A stretch of 64,000 nt of DNA, from positions 1-64,000 of the IMG/VR virus record IMGVR_UViG_3300035701_009377. One strand, given 5' to 3'. The translations under genes and the position numbers were made by a program. The notes under the pieces are model-generated. The model ran no database searches, was not told where the DNA came from, and saw only the letters and a list, made by a program, of their open reading frames with translations. This document shows positions 54,868 to 63,987 of this stretch, piece by piece. This DNA is from a virus. Each line of letters begins with the position of its first letter. Position 1 is the first letter of the stretch.

Positions 54868-55271
54868 GGTCCGGTACTTTCCAGATAAGCAATCGCTCGC
54901 CGCAACAGTGTCGGGCTATCGAAGAAAGCCCCTAAGCCCATGTTGCACCAGTTGCAGAGGAGGCCGCGAACCTCTCCGGTCGTGTGATTGTCGTCCACAC
55001 AGAATTGACCCTTCGCATTGGTGCCCGCGTCCGTCCGCCCGCAAATCTTGCAGCGGCCGTCCTGGGCTTGCAGCAAGGTTCTATACTCCGCCTTCGTGAT
55101 GCCAAACTTGTGAAGAAGTTGATACTCACGCAGACAGTCCTTGCACCGCGGCTTCCGTTTGGCGTTGCCCAATTGATTGGGTTGAAACTCGTGTTTCGGC
55201 TTTTGCGCGCCACAAACAACGCAGCGATACAGTGACCCTTGTTCGGTCAAGCTCGTGTCACTGCTTACCAT
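54864..55271 (-). CDS. Endonuclease VII-like protein
   Basis: FGIT..EY..LL..QDGRCKIC, VDDNH..GEVRGLLCNWCN.GLG. Confidence 0.85.
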   Translation of the reverse strand: MVSSDTSLTEQGSLYRCVVCGAQKPKHEFQPNQLGNAKRKPRCKDCLREYQLLHKFGITKAEYRTLLQAQDGRCKICGRTDAGTNAKGQFCVDDNHTTGEVRGLLCNWCNMGLGAFFDSPTLLRRAIAYLESTGP

Positions 55272-55530
55272 TCGCCCTTCTCTCAGAACAGCCTGTGGGC
55301 ATCCTTGCCCCAAGCAGTTGAGCCTCCCGTTCTTGCTCGTCGTAACTGGCGATCTGATCGAAGGCGACGATAAGAGCCTGAGTCTCAAGGCCGCACTCGT
55401 CCCACGACTGCTTCATTCCCGGCGGCCGGATGCCTAGCCGACGACAGGCCCGCCAGACGGCGTATTCGCCACTTCGGAAAGGGGCGAAGAGAACTCGGGC
55501 GGCATTGGAGCTTGACCAGCAAGAAAAACC
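55258..55530 (-). CDS. Tail assembly chaperone -1 frameshift extension (gpGT-like)
   Basis: -1 frame open from GGTTTTT (55530-55524) to 55258. Confidence 0.55.
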   Translation of the reverse strand, partial: GFSCWSSSNAARVLFAPFRSGEYAVWRACRRLGIRPPGMKQSWDECGLETQALIVAFDQIASYDEQEREAQLLGARMPTGCSERRANGKQ

Positions 55531-55961
55531 TCGCGGGCCTTTTGCAGCTTGGATTCGTCCAGCGCGTTGGCCTCCATGACCAAGGCCAGCACGCGGTTGG
55601 CCTCGATCTGCGTCAGCCCGCCGCTTTTCAAGTCGGTCTCCCAGTTCGGCCAGGTGCGAGGGTCTTCCCGCTTCACCATGTCCCACTCGATCTCGCTCGG
55701 TTCCAGCGAGCGGGTCACGATGTAGCCCAGCCGCTTCTTGCCGTACTCGGCCGTCACTTGCTGGTAGGTCGGATCGTTCAGTTGCGGCACCCAGCCGTCT
55801 TTGGTGAGCTTGCCCGGCGGCTTGGGCACCGGGCAGATGGCATCGAACTCGTCCATGTCGGTCAGGCCGCGGGCACGGAACACGATCTTCTCGTCGCCGC
55901 GCGGCAGGACCAACACGACTTCGTTGCACAGGGTCTTGGGGTCGATTCCGCCAATCTTCAT
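55434..55961 (-). CDS. Tail assembly chaperone (gpG-like)
   Basis: Between major tail and tape measure genes; slippery site near end. Confidence 0.7.
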   Translation of the reverse strand: MKIGGIDPKTLCNEVVLVLPRGDEKIVFRARGLTDMDEFDAICPVPKPPGKLTKDGWVPQLNDPTYQQVTAEYGKKRLGYIVTRSLEPSEIEWDMVKREDPRTWPNWETDLKSGGLTQIEANRVLALVMEANALDESKLQKAREVFLAGQAPMPPEFSSPLSEVANTPSGGPVVG

Positions 55962-56095
55962 GGTTCTCCCTCGCGTTAGAGTTGAGAGTGGTGGGGCCGG
56001 CTCTGGTGCCGGCCCCACCTATTGATTGGTCTTCTTGGTGAAGAGGCCAATCCAACCGGCTAGAGGCCCGCAAGGCGTTCGCCGGGGAGTCGTCG

Positions 56096-57175
56096 CTACG
56101 CGACAGCGCGCTCGACAATCGGCTCGGTGGCGTTGCACTTGCCGCTAATGGAGATCGTGGCGTCCTTGAAGTTGACCTCCTTCGAGTCGGCCCGGAAGTC
56201 CGGGAAGGTCGTCTTCTCATTCTCAGCCGTGCCGCAGGGCGGCGTGTAGAGCACGATCAGATCAATGGCATAGGGTTCACACGGATCGTCCGAGGAGCTA
56301 ACCCACTCGGCCGCTCCGCCCGTCTGCTTCAGCGCGTCCATCGGGCTGACCGGCTCGCTGGTGCCCTGGGTGATGTGCTCGTAGACGGCCTCCAACTTCA
56401 CGTCCATCGGGGCTTCCTTGCTCTCCCGCACGGTGTCCAGGTTGCCCCGGTCCAGCAGGTACTCGTACTCCTTGTGCTCGGTGTACGTGATGTTGCCGTC
56501 GCCGATCTTGATGCTGAGGTTCTGCGGATAGAACGTGACCACAGCATTGTCAAGGTAGGTGCCGCTTCCGAGGGCCGGCGAAAACTCGATGTTGGTCGTG
56601 GTCGAGCCACCTGCCGCCACGCCCACCACCGTGGTTGCCACGGCCACATCCGTGCCGCCGCCGGTGAGGCTGGTGCCATCGCCGACGAGCAAGGGTTGCG
56701 GGGCCGCACCCAGAGCCCCCTTGAACTCGACCACCCAAGGCGTGGCCGGGCCGGGGCCGCCGGTCACGCCCCAATCGCTGGTCGTGTAGCCGTCGTCCAT
56801 CGCCACCAGGGCGGCCTTGACGGCTGCGGCGTCGGCGTTGTAGGCGATACCCGCCGTCTCGTGGCCGCCGAACGACAGGGTGAAAGTGCCGCCCGACGAG
56901 TCGCTGTCGATTGTGACCGACTGTTTGGCGTTGGTGCCGGACTCGTTTTGCGTGCGAGCCGTGACGGTGTGGAACACCGGCGAGGTCTCTCCGACCACCT
57001 TGAAGCGCGCCCCGAGGGGCACCTGGGTGGCAATGGCGGTGTTCAAGGATACGTTGTCGATGTCAAACTGGGTCGCGCCGACCTGGGGCGGGCTGGACGG
57101 CTCGTTCACCGCCGTCGTGCCGCTGAGGCCGTCTTGGAGAATGACATCGCAGTCTCGCAGTTCGATGCGTGCCAT
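56096..57175 (-). CDS. Major tail tube protein with inserted accessory domain
   Basis: Position; T/S/G-rich; insert GGTFTLSF...IAYNADAAAVKAAL. Confidence 0.75.
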   Translation of the reverse strand: MARIELRDCDVILQDGLSGTTAVNEPSSPPQVGATQFDIDNVSLNTAIATQVPLGARFKVVGETSPVFHTVTARTQNESGTNAKQSVTIDSDSSGGTFTLSFGGHETAGIAYNADAAAVKAALVAMDDGYTTSDWGVTGGPGPATPWVVEFKGALGAAPQPLLVGDGTSLTGGGTDVAVATTVVGVAAGGSTTTNIEFSPALGSGTYLDNAVVTFYPQNLSIKIGDGNITYTEHKEYEYLLDRGNLDTVRESKEAPMDVKLEAVYEHITQGTSEPVSPMDALKQTGGAAEWVSSSDDPCEPYAIDLIVLYTPPCGTAENEKTTFPDFRADSKEVNFKDATISISGKCNATEPIVERAVA

Positions 57176-57194
57176 GTTGGTTTTCTCCTAAAGG

Positions 57195-57692
57195 TTAGCT
57201 GTCTTGAAGTTCCATAACGTAGCGAGCGTCAACCATCGACTGCTTCAACCGATCCGTGGGATCAATCTGGCCGAAGTGCAGCACGCGGATGCTGTCGTTG
57301 CGCCCGCTACGCGGGGCCAGACAGCCGATGCTCGCCGATTCATCATCGCCCGGTTCGTCGCCGTACTTGTAGACCGGGATGTTGCAGTCCATCGCCTCCT
57401 GGAAGTCTCCGATGATCTTGAGTATTCCGTAACGGTTCTTGCTCTCTTCCAGGCGGGTGTAGAACAAGACGTTCACGTCCACTTCCAGGCGGAAGTAGTT
57501 GTGGCTCAGTTCCCGGCTAAACGGGCCGCTGATGCGGACCTCGCACCGATCCGTGGCCTTCATCAAAGCGTCCGTGCGCTCGTCCAGCCCTTCCACCAGC
57601 ACGGGAATGCCCGCCTGCTTGGCGACCTCTTTCATGTAGGTCGCCACCGAGGCGAACACCCATCGCGCCCAATTCGGATTCGCGGCCGGCAT
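57195..57692 (-). CDS. Tail terminator-like protein
   Basis: Size and position before tail tube. Confidence 0.55.
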   Translation of the reverse strand: MPAANPNWARWVFASVATYMKEVAKQAGIPVLVEGLDERTDALMKATDRCEVRISGPFSRELSHNYFRLEVDVNVLFYTRLEESKNRYGILKIIGDFQEAMDCNIPVYKYGDEPGDDESASIGCLAPRSGRNDSIRVLHFGQIDPTDRLKQSMVDARYVMELQDS

Positions 57693-57694
57693 GG

Positions 57695-58210
57695 CTACAC
57701 CTCGCCTTCGCTCGCGCTGGTCAAGGCAACACTGGTTGCCGCCGACTCCTCCATGATGGAGCCGCCGATTCCCAGTTCCTCCCCGATCAGCGTCTTGCCG
57801 ACCACGATCCATGCGGAGCTGAACTCGTACTCCTCAAAACTCTCGACGGCGTACCGCCGGCCGTCGTAGCCGATCCAGTCGCTCGCGGTGAGCGTGAGGC
57901 TCGGGGCGTCCCGGCGGTCGATGATGAAGAGGCGTTTGCCCGTCTCGAAGCCGCTCCCGCCGGACACCGCCATCTTGTTGGCGGAGATCACGGAGATCGC
58001 CTGCTTCACTTCCCGCGACACGGTGACGGGCAAGACAACGGCACGCTGGATGCGCACGGCCGTTTTCGTCCTGGTGACTTCACCAGTCTTGGGGTCAGTC
58101 GCTACGCTCTGATTCTGGTAAACAACGATCGCGCCGCCGTACTGCCGCTTCAAGGCGTACAGCACCCGCTGAATCTGGCGGTTCAGGCTGTAGCTCGCAG
58201 GGTAAGTCAT
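57695..58210 (-). CDS. Head closure protein
   Basis: D.I.YDGRRYAV motif; position. Confidence 0.6.
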   Translation of the reverse strand: MTYPASYSLNRQIQRVLYALKRQYGGAIVVYQNQSVATDPKTGEVTRTKTAVRIQRAVVLPVTVSREVKQAISVISANKMAVSGGSGFETGKRLFIIDRRDAPSLTLTASDWIGYDGRRYAVESFEEYEFSSAWIVVGKTLIGEELGIGGSIMEESAATSVALTSASEGEV

Positions 58211-58223
58211 GGCGGCACGTTGA

Positions 58224-58478
58224 TTAACGACGGTGGGAACGACCGTCCTGGTCCAAGGTCTTTTCCAGACGCTCCATCATCATGGTGTTCTGGGCGATGA
58301 CATCCGAGCAACGCTCCACCAAGGGCAGCAAGACCGTGCGTTGCTCGTCTTCCAGCTTGTCAACGCGATTGCACAAGCGGTTTTCGCGGACCCAGCCCTG
58401 CCAAAGGAAGAAGGCCGTGACCACGATCAAAGGCCCATACTGCTTGAGCAGCGTCACTACATCGGTGAACAAGTCCAT
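58224..58478 (-). CDS. Holin-like single-TM protein
   Basis: KQYGPLIVVTAFFLW followed by coiled coil. Confidence 0.55.
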   Translation of the reverse strand: MDLFTDVVTLLKQYGPLIVVTAFFLWQGWVRENRLCNRVDKLEDEQRTVLLPLVERCSDVIAQNTMMMERLEKTLDQDGRSHRR

Positions 58479-58510
58479 TGCAGGGCCTCCGCAGGAAAAG
58501 GGTGACACGA

Positions 58511-58554
58511 GAAAGGCTGCCCGGCCGGGATCGCGCCCGGCCGGGCAAGCCTGT
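58511..58554 (-). terminator. Terminator-like hairpin after major capsid
   Basis: AGGCTTGCCCGGCCGGG/CCCGGCCGGGCAGCCT then TTCTC. Confidence 0.6.
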
Positions 58555-58564
58555 CAGCACACGG

Positions 58565-59962
58565 TTAGCCGAGCATCGGGACGCAGAGGGCCGAGTCGAG
58601 CACCGCCACACCCGCGAGCACGTCGCAGTTGACGATGGTGCCGCCCGCGTTGATGTCGTACTGCATCAGCACGCGCATCCCGATCCCGTTGAAGTCCTGG
58701 ACCGCAGCGGCGACCCCGGCCGTCGGATGGGGCAGGGCCAGGGGCCGAGTCACCAGGGCGATGGCATTCCGATGGAAGGCCAGGTTCATCGTGCCGTAGG
58801 GGCCGGGGAAGGCGGGGTCGTCGTTGGCGACGGCGACCTCCAACGGCCGATCCAGGTACACGGTGCAGCTCGCGCCGGCGTCTTCCGACTCGATCACCGT
58901 GTAGGTCCGGCGGCTACCACCGGTGCCGAAGGCAAGCAACTGGCCGACCTGCGGGGCATGGGCGGCGGTGTAGCCGTCCAGCACGATTCCCTCGCTATAG
59001 CCGGCCGCGTAGCTGGCCGCTGCGGCGCATGCCTTGTAGGCGGTAGCCACGGCGTTGTCCTCGGTGGCGTACTTCAGCGCCTCGTTCAGCTTGAACCAGG
59101 CGGCGTTGGTCGCCGTGCAATAGGTCGGCTGATCGTTGCCGGCGATGACGACGAACTCACCCACGGTGGGAGCCAGGACGGAAGCAAGCTCCGTCCCCGC
59201 GGCGGTGCCCGCGGCATACGGCTCGGTCACAGGATCGGTGTCGCTGTCGGCACCCGAGAGGACGCAGTTGACGTTCTGGTCCATGTAGGTCTCGAAGCCG
59301 AGGATGCGGCCCAGGGTGGCGTTCTGAAGCGCCGTGCCGCCGTCGCCACGCTCGTTGGCCTTGAGGAACAGGTCGGTCTTGAGCATGGCCGTCTCGCTGG
59401 TGGGGGCCATGACCAGGTTCCGGCCGTCCACGGGGCACTTGTTGACGTTCAGTCGCTCGCGGGCCTCAAGCACGTAGTCCTTGGCGTTGCTGGCCGACAG
59501 GCCGCCCAGTTGGCCGACGCGGTTGCTCGGGCCGCCAAGGTAGGCATGGACCCGGCCCAATAGGGCGCGGTCGATGCCCAGGGCAATGCTCTGCATCGCC
59601 GGGCGGAGGTAGATGGTCGTCAACTCCTCGAAGGACTTGCTGCCTTCCCCGTCGCGGATGACGAAGGACTCGTAGAACCACTGGTCCAACGGCACAGGCA
59701 CGTTGGTCGCCGTGGCGTCTTGCTGCACCAGGGTGGTGCCGTCCTTCTTCCGGCGAATCTTGAACTCGCCGGGCTTGCGAGTGTTCACCACGTCGCCAAA
59801 CTTGGCGATGGTGTTCTCGAACTCGCGGTTGACGAGGCCCGCCATGACCGTGTTCTGCGAGAGCATGGCCACGCCTGCGGCAGCCCACAACTCGGGGATG
59901 AAGGCGTCCAGGTCGTTCTCGTAGCAGGCGTAACGGACCTGCGCATGATACTTACGAAGCAT
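58565..59962 (-). CDS. Major capsid protein (P22-coat-like HK97 fold) with insertion domains
   Basis: FIPELWA, LVNREFE...GDVVNTRKP, NLAFHRNAIALVTRPL. Confidence 0.88.
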   Translation of the reverse strand: MLRKYHAQVRYACYENDLDAFIPELWAAAGVAMLSQNTVMAGLVNREFENTIAKFGDVVNTRKPGEFKIRRKKDGTTLVQQDATATNVPVPLDQWFYESFVIRDGEGSKSFEELTTIYLRPAMQSIALGIDRALLGRVHAYLGGPSNRVGQLGGLSASNAKDYVLEARERLNVNKCPVDGRNLVMAPTSETAMLKTDLFLKANERGDGGTALQNATLGRILGFETYMDQNVNCVLSGADSDTDPVTEPYAAGTAAGTELASVLAPTVGEFVVIAGNDQPTYCTATNAAWFKLNEALKYATEDNAVATAYKACAAAASYAAGYSEGIVLDGYTAAHAPQVGQLLAFGTGGSRRTYTVIESEDAGASCTVYLDRPLEVAVANDDPAFPGPYGTMNLAFHRNAIALVTRPLALPHPTAGVAAAVQDFNGIGMRVLMQYDINAGGTIVNCDVLAGVAVLDSALCVPMLG

Positions 59963-60042
59963 CGTTGTTCTCCACTTCACAGGTGTTTCAGTTTGAGTCA
60001 GCACGCAACAGCGCATGCCTCACGATCCGATCCCCTGGAAGA

Positions 60043-60915
60043 TTAACGGCGGCCAGTGGGCCGAGTCCTCAGAAGCTCAGGGTTCTCCTTTTGGATTTTC
60101 AGATATTGCTGCGGAGTGATCTTCCGCAGGTCAATCTGGCCGTTGCCCGACGTAAGGCCGCCGGTAGCCGAACTCGATCCGATGCCCGACCTGACGCCGG
60201 AGCGGAACATATTGCCCCAGGTGTCGGGATCGTCTTTCATCTTCTTCACGGCATCCTCGGGCGTGTACGCCTTGGTCTCCATTTCGCCCGTCGTTTGGTT
60301 GACGGCCTGCATCTCGACCATCGGCTTGTACTTGCCGGTAGGCTTGCCGGTCTTCGGGTCCACCTCGGGGACCAACTTGGTCAGTGGGCGGAGTTGGTTG
60401 GCAAGCTGGAAGGGCTGAAACGCCTCATGCTTCGTGGCGGCATCGGTCAGTGCCCGCTCGACCGTCGAATCGCGGTACAGGTTCTCGAAGAAGGAAGCCT
60501 TCTCGTTGGCCTCTTTGAGTTGCACGGCATACTGCTCCTGCAACTGTTTCTTCTCCACGGTAAGCTGTTCTTCCTTGCTGCGCAATTGGCCTTGCACGGT
60601 TTCCAAGTTCTCTTGCAGGGCCTTGCGGTCCTTCTCGGTCAAGGTGTTGCTGTCCAGGGCGGCCTTGAGTTTCGTTTCCATCTCCTGCAACTTGGTCTGA
60701 TGCTTGCGGCGGTCCTCAGCCAAGTGTTTGTTCAGGTCGTCCTGCGTGAACATCTTGGCCGCACCGCCGCCGCTGCCGCCACCACCGTCATTGACGCTGC
60801 CAGCCGCGCCGCCACTGGCCGCGCCACCGACTGCTCCACCCGCGCCTCCCACGCCGTCTCCGCCTTCGCCCTCGTAGCAAGCGAACCGCACACCAGCCCA
60901 GTACCGCTTCAACAT
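60043..60915 (-). CDS. Capsid scaffolding protein
   Basis: Gly-rich N-terminus, KMFTQDDLN, long coiled coil; directly upstream of capsid. Confidence 0.85.
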   Translation of the reverse strand: MLKRYWAGVRFACYEGEGGDGVGGAGGAVGGAASGGAAGSVNDGGGGSGGGAAKMFTQDDLNKHLAEDRRKHQTKLQEMETKLKAALDSNTLTEKDRKALQENLETVQGQLRSKEEQLTVEKKQLQEQYAVQLKEANEKASFFENLYRDSTVERALTDAATKHEAFQPFQLANQLRPLTKLVPEVDPKTGKPTGKYKPMVEMQAVNQTTGEMETKAYTPEDAVKKMKDDPDTWGNMFRSGVRSGIGSSSATGGLTSGNGQIDLRKITPQQYLKIQKENPELLRTRPTGRR

Positions 60916-61025
60916 TGCTCGTACCTTTCGCCTCTCAAGGTTCAACAGGTTGCTCCCGCCGTTGTGAGTGCCGGCGGGCCTGGCCCGGCTCAAAGGCCGG
61001 TCGTGAAAAGCCAGAGCGACATGCC

Positions 61026-61574
61026 CTAGCTGACTCTTGACAACTTCACGGCATCCCCGTCCCGCAGGAACGGCCGCAACAGCCGCCACGCCACGGAACT
61101 GGGGACCATGTTGATGATGTGCTCGATGGGGACTTGGTTCCGCGAATAGCCGGTTCGCACTTGCCCGTAGCCCATCGACTCCACAGACAGGTTCTCCAAT
61201 TCCAGTTCCGGGTCTTTGCCGTCCAGCAAGGCGTAGGCGATCTCGTAGCACGCCCGGCGGATCGCCTCGGGTATTTCGGTGTCCGCGCCCCGTGGGAACT
61301 CCAGCGATTGGCTGGCCTCGGCCGCTTGGATGTCGCTCGGGTCCGCCGCCGAGTTGGCGTCCAAGAGCGTGTAAACGCCGTGCTTGTAGCCCTTGAAGTT
61401 CAGGCCGTCGATGATCTGCGTGGCGGCAACGAGCGCCTTCTCCCGGTCGGCATCGCGGGCAGCGGACCAAGCAGTCTCGTGGAGCCGCTGGGCGAAGTAG
61501 GCCGTTGGCTCGGCAGTCCGTTCTGCCGCGGTATCGCCGTCCTGCTTGCCGTAGTAGTCGAAGTTGATCGCCAC
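61026..61574 (-). CDS. Head-tail adaptor (DnaT-like)
   Basis: EKALVAAT..ID, Q.LEFPR, IPEAIRRACYEIA, LLRPFL. Confidence 0.7.
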   Translation of the reverse strand: MAINFDYYGKQDGDTAAERTAEPTAYFAQRLHETAWSAARDADREKALVAATQIIDGLNFKGYKHGVYTLLDANSAADPSDIQAAEASQSLEFPRGADTEIPEAIRRACYEIAYALLDGKDPELELENLSVESMGYGQVRTGYSRNQVPIEHIINMVPSSVAWRLLRPFLRDGDAVKLSRVS

Positions 61575-61584
61575 TGCTCGCCCC

Positions 61585-62181
61585 CTAACAAGCGATCCAC
61601 GAGTACCCTTGGTCCGCCGCGCCACCGACGATGTAAACCTTCGCTAGATCGTCCACGTAGATGGGCGGCGACTGCTGGCCGGCGGACAGGATGAAGCCGT
61701 CCTCGGCGTTGTCGGCACGATTACCGACCATGATGACGTTGCCGTTGGCCCCGTTGGCGCGAAGCATGACGTACTTCTTTACCGGCCAGCCAACTGCGTG
61801 GCCGTGCTCGTTGACCGTCACCGCAACATCATGTCCCTCGCCTTCCAGGTCCACGTCTACCGCCATCATGGCCTCGATCAATTGCCAGCGCAGCGCCCCG
61901 GCGAAATCCACGGGCCACGGGCCGCCGGCATCGCCGGAGACGGCGACGTTGCCCGCACCGACGACCGCTTCCAGAGCCGCTTGCACGGCTGCCGCCGCAG
62001 CGTCGAAGGCGATGTCTGCCGTCTCGACGCCATCGACGGCCAACTTGAAGTGGCCCGCCGTTGCCGTCACCGTGACCGTTTGCCGGGCACTGGCTGCACC
62101 AAGACGCACCACCTCCGTGCCCACGGTGCCGCTGCCCGTGCGAAACTCGGCCTGCGATTCACGATCAATGTCAACCAGCAT
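61585..62181 (-). CDS. Head-associated accessory protein sharing a domain with the tail tube
   Basis: ETADIAFDAAAAAVQAAL insert; follows portal. Confidence 0.6.
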   Translation of the reverse strand: MLVDIDRESQAEFRTGSGTVGTEVVRLGAASARQTVTVTATAGHFKLAVDGVETADIAFDAAAAAVQAALEAVVGAGNVAVSGDAGGPWPVDFAGALRWQLIEAMMAVDVDLEGEGHDVAVTVNEHGHAVGWPVKKYVMLRANGANGNVIMVGNRADNAEDGFILSAGQQSPPIYVDDLAKVYIVGGAADQGYSWIAC

Positions 62182-62184
62182 GGC

Positions 62185-63987
62185 CTATTCTCCGGTGAAC
62201 TGGCCCTTGCCGCGCACGCGCCGGGCCGTGGTGTCTCGTAGGTCGGTATTACGGCTGGCGGCCTTCTCGTCCGTGCCGGCATTAGGATCAGCGGAAAGGT
62301 CCGCTACGCCGCGGGCCGCCGGGTCGCTGCCTTTCGCCAAGCCGCCGAGGCCCTGCGACTGCGCCATGGCAATCCGCTCGATGCGGGCCAGATGGTCCGC
62401 ACGGGCCTTCTGGTACTCGTCGTCATCGAACCCCAGAGCGATGGAGGCGGTCTGCTCGCCTACCAACCCGGCTTCGGCCGCTTGAACAATTGTCAGCGGA
62501 TCGCTGGTGGTGAAATGAGCGTTGTCGATTTCCTGGTTGATCTGCTCGATGTTCCCGACACTGATCTTGCCGCCTAGAAGGGCCAGCACGACGCACTTGG
62601 CAAGCTCTCGCTTGATCTTCCGCCCCGGCACCGCCGACATCAGCTTCACCAGGTCTTCGGCCTCCTTCACCCGGTCGGAGTCCGTCTTGAGGCTGTAGCG
62701 ATCCGGGTACTTGATCGTCGCCACCTCGCGGCGGGCCTCGCTCCGTTCCTCATAGGCCGCCCAGTGCTCGGCGATCTGCCGCTCGGCGTTTTCCAACACC
62801 AATCCGATGTAGGACAACCCGGCTTCGAGCCCCTGGTTGTCCATCTGCTTCGACTCTGCCGACACTCGCACCGCCAAGCTCGACACGGCCAGGTTGACCA
62901 ACTCGCGGATGTCCCGCTTGATCCGGTCCTGCAATTCCAGGCTCGCCCGCAGCGGCTCGGCCGAGGGATTGATAAAGGCGGGCGCGTTCATCCCTTTGTC
63001 GTAGGTCCGGCCGTGGGTCGCGCCCACTTTGATGTCGGTGTCGGCCGCGCCTTGGCCGCCGGTTGTCGCCGTCCCATCCGCATTGGCCGCTGGCTTCAAA
63101 TGGGCACCGACCGCCCGCAGGTCCTTCTGCTCGATGTAGAACGGGAAGTTGCTCCGCAAGGCGTAATTCACATCGCTCGAACCGAGGTTGAGTAGTGCGA
63201 CTTGCTGGGCGCAAACGTCCTTAATCATGCTGTCGCCCAGATCAAGCATGACGAAGGGGATGCGCGTCAATTCCAATTGGTAGGCACCGCTCGGAAGGCC
63301 CTCGCGGTTCACCGGCTTTCCGTCCACGTCGTAGAATTGCAGGCTGACCAGGCCGGTCTTCGGGTCGATCCACAACCGGCGGTAGCGGCTCACGGATCGC
63401 GTCGGCAGCAGGTACTCCTCGTCGTACTGCATCACCGTGTCGCGCAGGAGCACCGATTGGAACTCGCTCGGCTCTTCGGCGTTGCCGCACGACCAGCTCA
63501 AAATGTCCTCGATGTCGTACTTGTAGAGGTACGGCCGCACGTCGCCCGCCTCGGCCAGCGTCAGCGGGGCAGGAACCGCCGGAGCGTCCACGTACACGCC
63601 CACGCGGCCCATGACCAACAGTTCCGTCAGCACCTTGACGCCGAAAAAGGCGTTCATCGTCGAGCCGCGGCGGTCCACGCCCAGGTCCAGCCCGGCCACG
63701 GCGTTCTGGTAGGCTTGGCTCCCCCCACGCCGCGTGATGTCCCGCATCCGCTGGAAGATCGCGTTGCGGATGTCGTTGATGGCCGCCTTGGCGAAGGCCG
63801 GGACCGGGGTGATGTTCTTGCGGGTGATGAAATCCGTGTTGTCTTCCCTGGTGGTGAACCGCTCCAAGTAGGAATCGCGGAACTCCTCACCGCCGGAATA
63901 GGTCAGCCGCCACTTGCCCCAGTCAGTCTGATCGCCCAGGTACGAGGGATGGCGACTGTCGATGATGCGAGGTTTCTGGTCGGCCAT
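62185..63987 (-). CDS. Portal protein
   Basis: RHPSY...W, GRVGVYVD, IPFV, SAESK; 600 aa at start of head module. Confidence 0.85.
   Translation of the reverse strand: MADQKPRIIDSRHPSYLGDQTDWGKWRLTYSGGEEFRDSYLERFTTREDNTDFITRKNITPVPAFAKAAINDIRNAIFQRMRDITRRGGSQAYQNAVAGLDLGVDRRGSTMNAFFGVKVLTELLVMGRVGVYVDAPAVPAPLTLAEAGDVRPYLYKYDIEDILSWSCGNAEEPSEFQSVLLRDTVMQYDEEYLLPTRSVSRYRRLWIDPKTGLVSLQFYDVDGKPVNREGLPSGAYQLELTRIPFVMLDLGDSMIKDVCAQQVALLNLGSSDVNYALRSNFPFYIEQKDLRAVGAHLKPAANADGTATTGGQGAADTDIKVGATHGRTYDKGMNAPAFINPSAEPLRASLELQDRIKRDIRELVNLAVSSLAVRVSAESKQMDNQGLEAGLSYIGLVLENAERQIAEHWAAYEERSEARREVATIKYPDRYSLKTDSDRVKEAEDLVKLMSAVPGRKIKRELAKCVVLALLGGKISVGNIEQINQEIDNAHFTTSDPLTIVQAAEAGLVGEQTASIALGFDDDEYQKARADHLARIERIAMAQSQGLGGLAKGSDPAARGVADLSADPNAGTDEKAASRNTDLRDTTARRVRGKGQFTGE

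Noticed and set aside
55980-56095. Multiple hairpins after the major tail gene as a novel ncRNA
   Set aside because: Adequately explained as an attenuator or mRNA-stabilising structure after a highly expressed structural gene.
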